Shown here: piece after piece, positions 57,321 through 64,000 of the stretch
Layout of the letters: each line of letters starts with the position of its first letter
Position numbering within the stretch: position 1 is the first letter of the stretch
Notes under the pieces: model-generated
Databases searched by the model: none
What the model was told of the DNA's origin: nothing
The model's input: only the letters and a program-made list of their open reading frames with translations
Program-made: the position numbers and the translations under genes
Virus record (IMG/VR): IMGVR_UViG_2788500073_000001
Location: 1 to 64,000 of that record
Direction: 5' to 3' (one strand)
Length of the DNA: 64,000 bases
Source: a virus
Lineage: Duplodnaviria > Caudoviricetes

Positions 57321-57815
57321 TAAAAAAAACGACCAATTCGGCGCGCTCCCGAATTGGTCGTTTGGAGTGTCCACACCTGCTGTGCAGTCAGGTGCTTTCA
57401 CTGCCGTGATTTGGTTGCACACTCCAAATCACACATTGCATAAAAGGAATCCAACAATCCCGCTTTCAGGCTATAGAGCCCTGATCCCAGAGCGGGCAGG
57501 GATTTCGCATCAAACCCAGGCCGGTGCCTCTTCTCCCATGCGAACAGGAGGGGCCATGCGAACTTTATACGGTGTTACCCGTTCAGCCCCGGCATGGTGG
57601 GGGGTGTTGCTGCGTCTCCTGAACACAGCGCAAAGGATGTTCACGCTCTGTTCAGGAGACGAAAGGGAAAATACATTAACGAGACGGAGTTATGCGCTTT
57701 TTGGAAGCGACCCACATTCTCGCCGGTCCATTTGCGGTTTCCTGGAGTGTTCTCAACAGGAAGGGCCGCCATGCTCACCCATTTTACCGGGCAAGGAAAG
57801 TATTACATGGAATAC
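57321..57815 (-). ncRNA. candidate ~490-nt structured ncRNA
   Basis: Own TTGACA-17-TACAAT promoter (57822-57850), many hairpins, 15-bp terminator at 57327-57363 plus U run; no ORF-track entry on this strand. Confidence 0.6.
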
Positions 57816-57990
57816 ACTTAAATTGTAGACGCATTTTTGTATCGTGTCAACAACTTGCTAAGGTATTTCCCTCCTCATTTTCGCAAAAAGAAAAAAGCCA
57901 CCCGCAGGTGGCTTTTAAAGAGTGGTATACTAAATTTCCGAACCCAGAAAAGTGCTTTCTCCTCTCGGCGAAAGCACCTTTCCTGTTTAA

Positions 57991-58482
57991 TTACATGAAC
58001 TCGATTTGTCCGCCATCAAAGCGATAAAGCGGGATTTCATTTTCTTTTGCGAATTCGATCTCCTGCTGCATCCCTGCCGAGATCACCGGCCCACAGATTA
58101 CCAGGCCGGAGCAATGGCGTAGCACTTCAAAGTCAAACGCCATCGCAGCTTCCCGAGAGGCTGGATCGGAATCATCCAGCTCGTTGGGCAGCGAGGTGTG
58201 TGGAGCATAGGCATAGACCTGTTCTCCGGGGAAATCAGCAGCCATCAGCTTGCCGACCTCGGCTTCGTAGCGTTCTGCAGCAGCCATATTAGCCTGTACA
58301 GCTTCCGGTGTTGCCGCAGACAATGGAGAGGCAACATAAAACACCAGGCTTTGTGTTGGGTACTCTCTGATTTCAAGATACCGGTTGCACGCATGGCACC
58401 ACAAACCGACAAACGGCGTTGCGGCTGCTTCGGACCAAATCACCTCTAATGGATGCCCTTGATGAAAATGATGTTTTTTCAT
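57991..58482 (-). CDS. DUF4406 / nucleoside deoxyribosyltransferase-like protein
   Basis: 'YVASP', 'APH', 'C..LVICG..IS.GM..EI..A...IP'. Confidence 0.7.
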   Translation of the reverse strand: MKKHHFHQGHPLEVIWSEAAATPFVGLWCHACNRYLEIREYPTQSLVFYVASPLSAATPEAVQANMAAAERYEAEVGKLMAADFPGEQVYAYAPHTSLPNELDDSDPASREAAMAFDFEVLRHCSGLVICGPVISAGMQQEIEFAKENEIPLYRFDGGQIEFM

Positions 58483-58491
58483 AGCAATACC

Positions 58492-58953
58492 TCAGAAGGG
58501 CAGGTCATCTTCGTCCCCGTCGATTTCCTGGAAATCATCCAGGGACGGAGCTACATAGCGGGTCTGATCGTTCGAAGAAGTGCGGGGCGCAGCTGTAGCC
58601 GCCGGAGCAGATTCGCTTCCGGTTGTCCTGTCCCTCTTGCTGCCACAGAACTCGAACTTCTGGACCTCAAATTCCACCATGGTGATGGGATACTGCTGGC
58701 CTTCGATCTCTTTTTTATAGGAAGTGTACTGCGCTTCGATCAGCAGCTCGCTTCCTTTCTGCGTGTTATTGGCCAGACGTTCAGCGACACTCTGCCAGGC
58801 AACAAAAGAAGGGTATTCGGTGATCGTCCCCTTTTTTGAGCCGGCATAGCGATCGCAGGCAAGCTGGAACCGGCAGACGGAAATGCCGCTGTTGGTTTTC
58901 TTCAGTTCAATATCCTTTGTGAGACGGCCGTGAAAAATGTTCTTCATAAACAT
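58492..58953 (-). CDS. ssb: single-stranded DNA-binding protein
   Basis: 'GRLTKDIELK.T..G..V..F.LA', 'KGS'; C-terminal 'DDLPF'. Confidence 0.92.
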   Translation of the reverse strand: MFMKNIFHGRLTKDIELKKTNSGISVCRFQLACDRYAGSKKGTITEYPSFVAWQSVAERLANNTQKGSELLIEAQYTSYKKEIEGQQYPITMVEFEVQKFEFCGSKRDRTTGSESAPAATAAPRTSSNDQTRYVAPSLDDFQEIDGDEDDLPF

Positions 58954-58972
58954 AGTTTTTTCCTCCTGTACT

Positions 58973-59248
58973 TTAATAAATCTCGCCGCAATCCAAGGCT
59001 CCATCCGGGTCATCCGGAGGAAGGCGGTAGACGCTTTTTCCCTCGGAAATGGTGCGGATCATTTCTTCCATGACAACCTGAGCCTGCTTTTCAGAACGGT
59101 ATGTAGCAATCGTGCGATTATGGCTGCCGACACCATAATAGAAGATTTTGATCTCGGTTTCCCCCATGACCGTGCCAGGTGCAGCGTCCACCTTAAAGAT
59201 GGAATCAAAATTGACGATGGTTTTTTTGTTTTGTGATACAATAATCAT
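58973..59248 (-). CDS. hypothetical protein
   Basis: AGGAGG RBS; 'IVSQNKK.IVNF', 'ATY.SE..A..V..E'; first gene behind repeat E. Confidence 0.6.
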   Translation of the reverse strand: MIIVSQNKKTIVNFDSIFKVDAAPGTVMGETEIKIFYYGVGSHNRTIATYRSEKQAQVVMEEMIRTISEGKSVYRLPPDDPDGALDCGEIY

Positions 59249-59337
59249 TTTGTATCCTCCTTTTGTTTTTGGTTAAGGTTTCATCGACATCTATAGGAAA
59301 AGAACCTACTTGGTATAGAAGGTCCTTGAATTTTCAC

Positions 59338-59498
59338 AAAAAAAGGCACGGTCACGCCCAAAAGGGCGCAATCGTGCCGTTAGGTTTCACACCGGCCAGC
59401 TGTCAGCATGGACAGGAGGCCTTACTTTACTGCTTCGGTGAGCAGCAGATACTTTCATGGAATATCTGAAGTGTACCCCCGTTTTTGTATCGTGTCAA
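59338..59498 (-). repeat. promoter-leader-terminator repeat, copy E
   Basis: Near-identical to copies A and C. Confidence 0.9.
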
Positions 59499-59521
59499 GG
59501 GCTTTTCCCCAAGCATCATTA

Positions 59522-60319
59522 TCAATTTTCACTTCCGCCTTTCGCCTCTTCGGTATACATGAGGTTCTGACGGCTGATGTAACCACTCTTTTGCAACAGC
59601 TCGGTGAGATCCTTGACAGCATTCTGCAGATACGGGTTGTCCTCAAAGCTCTTTTTGGCCGCCGCACAGGCAGAGTATTCCTGCTGGGCCTCGGCCAGGA
59701 TCGACTGCCGCTTGTCGATTTCCTCCTGGATATTTCGAAGGAAGCCTTCCGTATTGTCACAGGCACGGGTGGCGTCCTCCCGTGTATACCAGCCCAAGCC
59801 AGTGAGATAGCGTTTAAGGGCCCCGCGCTTATTAAAGGAAGTCTTTTTCAGAGGGATCTCGCCGGCACAGATAGTGCGCACACGGCTTTCCAGTTCCCGC
59901 ATCTCCTTTACGTTGTCCTCAGCTGTCTTCTGCTGCTTTTCGGCATCCCGCAGCCGATACCGCAATCCGTTGGCCACCGACTCATAGGTGGATTCATAAC
60001 GGTGTGCCTTGATGTCAATGACCATCAACTCAAATTGTGGATCGCGGTAACAGATCCGCAGAGGTGACAGCGGCTTATCACTGGCCCGTGTGATCTTGCA
60101 GTTGGCCAATGCCGGCAGTTTCCCAATCTGCTGGATCAGGACTTCATAAAGTTCATCTTCCGCATAACCCAAAAACTCCAAGGTCTTTTGCAGAAGATTC
60201 GGCTTATATGCGTCGTAAAATTCGCTGAGGATCCGCGCAGGGTCTTCAACGATACTGCTAAGCCGGTCAACTTCTTCATGGATTTCCTTTACTTTCAAAT
60301 CAAATTCACGCTTGTCCAT
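59522..60319 (-). CDS. coiled-coil hypothetical protein
   Basis: GAGGAGG RBS; 265 aa. Confidence 0.65.
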   Translation of the reverse strand: MDKREFDLKVKEIHEEVDRLSSIVEDPARILSEFYDAYKPNLLQKTLEFLGYAEDELYEVLIQQIGKLPALANCKITRASDKPLSPLRICYRDPQFELMVIDIKAHRYESTYESVANGLRYRLRDAEKQQKTAEDNVKEMRELESRVRTICAGEIPLKKTSFNKRGALKRYLTGLGWYTREDATRACDNTEGFLRNIQEEIDKRQSILAEAQQEYSACAAAKKSFEDNPYLQNAVKDLTELLQKSGYISRQNLMYTEEAKGGSEN

Positions 60320-60670
60320 GATTTTCGCCTCCTCTACTTAATATATAGTAAATTTTTTGAAATTTACGACCAAAAAAGTACGCTGCAATTTGACAAACAT
60401 AGAAAGAGAAGCTATAATAATAATTGAAAGAAAGGGGCGCTAAAAACGGTCCGACCAACCGAGTCCCGGCCTTTCGCTTTATCACAAATAGAGATACACT
60501 TACCATTTGTCTGTTCCTCTTTTGTGGTTTTTGGTTAAAAGATTTCTATGTAAGCACTTACAAGAAAGCCGCTCGAAAGGGCGGCTTTCTTGTTTGGACA
60601 AAAAGAAAAGAGCCCTTATGCAAGTTGGTGCATAAGGGCTCTTTTGCTGTTCTGATGAAAAGGAATTGTT

Positions 60671-61012
60671 TTATGTTATCCAGATCTCTTTCCCTTTCCA
60701 CTGTTCCCAGATTTCAGGGAGACTTGCCTGGATGATCCGTTCTGCTTCTGCCCTGGAACCACAGGAGTGGGTCCCCCAGCGGCTGCAAAGCGCTTTAGCC
60801 TGTTCCCAGCGTGGAACCATACCAGCTCGCAGCGCATTCGGGGAGGGCTGCAAAAGAATGGTTTCTTCTATGTCATCCCAGCAAAATCGGCATAACACGC
60901 ATGTTTCTGGTTGTTTAAAATCCGCCGTGTGCCACAACATTGCAAATCCCCCTTGATTTATTATACATGTCCTCACGAAATTTTCAATCCACCGGCAGAG
61001 GCGCCGGCGCAT
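60671..61012 (-). CDS. hypothetical protein (real start probably 'MLWH' near 60940)
   Basis: ORF downstream of uvrD with an AAGGGGG RBS-like site. Confidence 0.4.
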   Translation of the reverse strand: MRRRLCRWIENFVRTCIINQGGFAMLWHTADFKQPETCVLCRFCWDDIEETILLQPSPNALRAGMVPRWEQAKALCSRWGTHSCGSRAEAERIIQASLPEIWEQWKGKEIWIT

Positions 61013-62861
61013 TTTCCACCTTCAGCAAATCCTTGATGTCGGTGATAAAGGGGCTGACGAATGCGGGGTGCTCGTGCAAAAACCGCACGGCGCTGAGCTC
61101 CAGATCGTCGGTGGCCCGCGTCATTCCGACATAAAGGATGCGACGTTCTTCTTCAAGATCTTCCGCGTCTTTATGGGGGATGACACCGTTCACACAGGAG
61201 ACCAGGAAGACATGCCGGAATTCCAGCCCCTTGGCCCGATGGATCGTGGAGAGCGTGACAGCATCTTCTCGCTGAGCATTCTGCTGGTATGCCATCCGCT
61301 GCAATTCTACATAATCCAGGAGATCTTCAGCTGTGGAGAATTGCTCTCCAAGGGATAGCATCTCCTCAACGCTCTCCATCCGTTCTTCATACAGTTCTTC
61401 CGCAGCATCGGTTTTCAAAAAATCTCTGTAACCGATGTCGTCGTAGATGTAACGGAGCAAAGCTGTAAGGTCTGAATTGGCATTTCGGTTCAGCCAGAGC
61501 AGTTGAGAGGCAAGGCGGTCGGCATTTTTACGGTATCGCCATTCCAGAGCGAGGGGATTTTTCGTCAGAGCTTTTCTCGCACTGGCGCCGGTTTGGCCCA
61601 TATATGCCGTCATGGCCTCCCGAAAGGCGTTCCCAAAGTACCGGTTTGGCCGGTTCAACACCCGAAGGAGGGCGTCTGACTCATCGGGATTCACGGCCAA
61701 ATTCAGATAATCCAGCACATCCATGACATACGGCTGTTCCCAGAAGCAGCGTCCGCCCTGTACCTTAAAAGGAATGTTGCGAAGCAAAAGCGCCTCCTCA
61801 CATACCCGGGAAGAAGCGTTTGTGCGGTACAAGATCGCCATTTCTTCATATTCCTCACCCGATTCGGCCAGACGTTTTACCTTCCGAGCCACACCGTCCG
61901 CCTGGGCTTTTTCGTCCTCATAGAGGATAAACGAAGGCGATGAACCGCTGGGACGACTGGCTTTCACATCCTTGGAAAACTGATGGAGGTTCTTTGCAAT
62001 CAATGCGTTGGAGGCCGCCACTATTTCCGGCGTGGAACGATAATTGGTATCCAGGTATACGGTCTGGGTGTTCGGAAAACGGGTCGGGAATGTCAGGATG
62101 TTTTTTACATCCGCGCCGCGGAACCCATAGATGCTCTGCCAATCGTCTCCAACAACAAAAACATTGTTTCCGGCCGGAGTGATTAAGCGCAGCAGCGCAT
62201 CCTGTGCTGGATTGGTATCCTGGTACTCGTCCACCAGGATAAAGTCCCAGCGGCTTTTCCACTCGGCCTGAAGGGCTGCATTTTCACGAAGAAGGTAGAC
62301 AGGCAGATCGGTCATATCATCGAAATCATAGTAGCCGTTTTCAGCCTTAAAGGCTTCATAGGCAAGATAAACCTGGTAAATAGCAGCCAGGTCTGAGGGA
62401 AGACCTTTTTGCGCCAGGCATTCCTCCGGCCGGCGCAATGTACCTTTCAGGATCCCGATCGTGGAAGAAATATGCTTGGGCGCCGCATTTTGTTCTTCCA
62501 AGATGGTCCCCTTCATGACATCTTCAATAAAACGGATCTTCTGATATTCCCGCATCAGCGTTCTGTCCTCCGTATATCCACTGTTTCGGAGAATACTGAG
62601 CCCCAGCGCGTGGAAGGTGCTGATACAGACTTTTTGAGCACTGGGACGCAGAAAAATACGTTCCCGCATCTCCCCCACAGCTTTTTGTGAGAAGGTGATG
62701 GCCAATATCCGCTGGGGGCGCGCCCCTCGGTTTAAAAGAGCATTGACTCTGGCCACCAATACGGCGGTTTTGCCACTGCCAGCGCCGGCGATCACGCAGC
62801 ACGGTCCGTCAAAGTGATTTACGGCTGCCAACTGATTGGCGTTCAATTCCACTTCATTCAC
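60984..62861 (-). CDS. UvrD/PcrA/Rep SF1 helicase
   Basis: 'AGAGSGKT', 'VDEYQDTN', 'VGDDWQSIYGFRGA', 'NYRS', 'HRAKGLEF', 'YVGMTRA'. Confidence 0.95.
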   Translation of the reverse strand: MNEVELNANQLAAVNHFDGPCCVIAGAGSGKTAVLVARVNALLNRGARPQRILAITFSQKAVGEMRERIFLRPSAQKVCISTFHALGLSILRNSGYTEDRTLMREYQKIRFIEDVMKGTILEEQNAAPKHISSTIGILKGTLRRPEECLAQKGLPSDLAAIYQVYLAYEAFKAENGYYDFDDMTDLPVYLLRENAALQAEWKSRWDFILVDEYQDTNPAQDALLRLITPAGNNVFVVGDDWQSIYGFRGADVKNILTFPTRFPNTQTVYLDTNYRSTPEIVAASNALIAKNLHQFSKDVKASRPSGSSPSFILYEDEKAQADGVARKVKRLAESGEEYEEMAILYRTNASSRVCEEALLLRNIPFKVQGGRCFWEQPYVMDVLDYLNLAVNPDESDALLRVLNRPNRYFGNAFREAMTAYMGQTGASARKALTKNPLALEWRYRKNADRLASQLLWLNRNANSDLTALLRYIYDDIGYRDFLKTDAAEELYEERMESVEEMLSLGEQFSTAEDLLDYVELQRMAYQQNAQREDAVTLSTIHRAKGLEFRHVFLVSCVNGVIPHKDAEDLEEERRILYVGMTRATDDLELSAVRFLHEHPAFVSPFITDIKDLLKVENAPAPLPVD

Positions 62862-62958
62862 CCTTTCCTGCTTTTTAGTCTCTACTCTATATATAGTGAA
62901 TTTTTCAAAAATCCCAACAAAAAACGCCCGGTAAAATGCCGGGCGTTTTGGGGAAGGG

Positions 62959-63327
62959 CTACTTCACAACAGGCATTCTAATCTCCTGATCAAAATTCCT
63001 GATGCTGCCCTCCAATACGGTAATGGTGTTCCGATCCAGCTTTGTGCCGGTCTTTGCGTTTGCGTGGGCAATGCCGCTGCGGATCAGCCTGCGGATCTTC
63101 AAAACGGTTTCTACTGCCGTATCGGTGTTGGAAACTTCATTGTAGACCGCCTGGGACTGCTCCTTGGAAGCGATTTGAGAAACAACGCTCATTTGGAAGC
63201 CGGCCAAACTTGCAGCTGCCGCCTGGCGCTCTTTCTCTACGCTCTGTTTTTCATCCATGGAGGCAGTGGCGCTCCGCTTTACGATAGATTCTTTCTTTTC
63301 AATGTCAAAAATGTTATTCAGTGTCAT
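62959..63327 (-). CDS. hypothetical protein
   Basis: AAAGGA RBS; 122 aa; terminator at 62919-62949. Confidence 0.55.
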   Translation of the reverse strand: MTLNNIFDIEKKESIVKRSATASMDEKQSVEKERQAAAASLAGFQMSVVSQIASKEQSQAVYNEVSNTDTAVETVLKIRRLIRSGIAHANAKTGTKLDRNTITVLEGSIRNFDQEIRMPVVK

Positions 63328-63411
63328 GGTTTTTATCCTTTCTTATTATCATTTTTTAGGCGTAAAAATGCGCATAACACTTTTGCTATGCGCACAAATA
63401 AGGAATATTCT

Positions 63412-63978
63412 TTAGATTTGCTTCTGCTGCTGAGATGGCCCGATCAGATCGTACCGCTTTTTATAGTCCTCTTCCGCAAGCGCCCGAGCCTTCTGGGTAC
63501 AATCCTTCAGGTCAGCGCCATCAGGTTCACAAAGGACTCCGGTTACAAGCATGTGGGACGTCCGGTTCCAGATCGCTTCCCACAGTTCCTTATGAGCCAT
63601 TGTTGTTCCGTCCTTCTTCGCCCAGTTCTTCCGTGCGTACGACCGCAGGTAGCCCTTGGCGAACATATTGGCCACAAACTCATTGGCGGTATAGACCGTC
63701 ACTTTTGTCTGTTCGGCCTTGCTGGAAGGGGGAATCACATCAGCTTCAAAGGCTTCCTTGAGTGCACGGATCAGGATCTTCCCAAAATCGTCGGTATAAC
63801 CGCTTTTCCCGATCTCCTTGACCTGCCCTGAAGAGCAATCCAAAATCCTGGCGAAGTATCCTACGGATTTACTGCCCTTGTGGAAGGTCTTGGAGGCGGC
63901 TGCATAGATACGAAAGTCGTGAACCCGCCGCTCAACGCTGCCGGAAACCGGCTCTGTGTTGTTTACAGGCCCAGCCAT
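63412..63978 (-). CDS. RNase HI-fold protein with catalytic Asp residues replaced (5' end may lie outside the window)
   Basis: 'IYAAAS' (cf. IYTDGS), 'VTVYTANEFV' (cf. VYTDSQYV), 'KNWAKKDG..MAHKELWE'. Confidence 0.7.
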   Translation of the reverse strand: MAGPVNNTEPVSGSVERRVHDFRIYAAASKTFHKGSKSVGYFARILDCSSGQVKEIGKSGYTDDFGKILIRALKEAFEADVIPPSSKAEQTKVTVYTANEFVANMFAKGYLRSYARKNWAKKDGTTMAHKELWEAIWNRTSHMLVTGVLCEPDGADLKDCTQKARALAEEDYKKRYDLIGPSQQQKQI

Positions 63979-64000
63979 AACAGGCTCCGGGACTGCAGCC

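Larger units (their letters stand above)
18367..64000. mobile_element. large integrative element (ICE or integrated plasmid-like) at tRNA-fMet, extending beyond the window
   Basis: Integrase and xis next to the tRNA 3' end; visibly lower GC; partition, replication and accessory genes; far attachment site not seen. Confidence 0.85.

Noticed and set aside
57367-58027. Plus-strand ORFs over the candidate large ncRNA
   Set aside because: No RBS or motifs, opposite to the local gene orientation, and the region is bracketed by a minus-strand promoter and terminator.

Overview
Bacillota (Clostridia, probably Oscillospiraceae-like) chromosome with three parts. (1) 1-12.2 kb: a compact, GC-rich minus-strand virion operon (TerS, TerL, portal, putative protease, capsid, neck, sheath, tube, baseplate, short fibre). 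It has no real tape-measure gene and no integrase, replication or repressor genes on its upstream side, and it abuts housekeeping trmL, so it is a candidate domesticated phage or gene transfer agent. (2) 12.5-18.4 kb: core genes trmL, degV, pgk, tpiA, gpmI, then a broken tRNA-fMet and an intact tRNA-fMet. (3) 18.4-64 kb, continuing past the window: a large lower-GC integrative element inserted at tRNA-fMet. It carries an integrase and xis, divergent HTH regulators, ParMR, primase, a beta-clamp homologue, SSBs, UvrD, a DarB-like helicase, MoxR AAA plus vWA, Rpn, an ECF sigma/anti-sigma pair and a sigma-CHAP-lipoprotein-holin module. The most striking signal is non-coding. Five dispersed ~160-bp copies of a sigmaA promoter + operator + covarying pseudoknot-like leader + intrinsic terminator each head one of the element's operons. 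A sixth copy of the same promoter drives a ~490-nt highly structured RNA with no credible ORF. The element also has a transcript built from degenerate tRNA-like domains and several host-enzyme homologues lacking their catalytic residues. All calls come from manual reading and remembered family motifs; no searches or folding programs were run.
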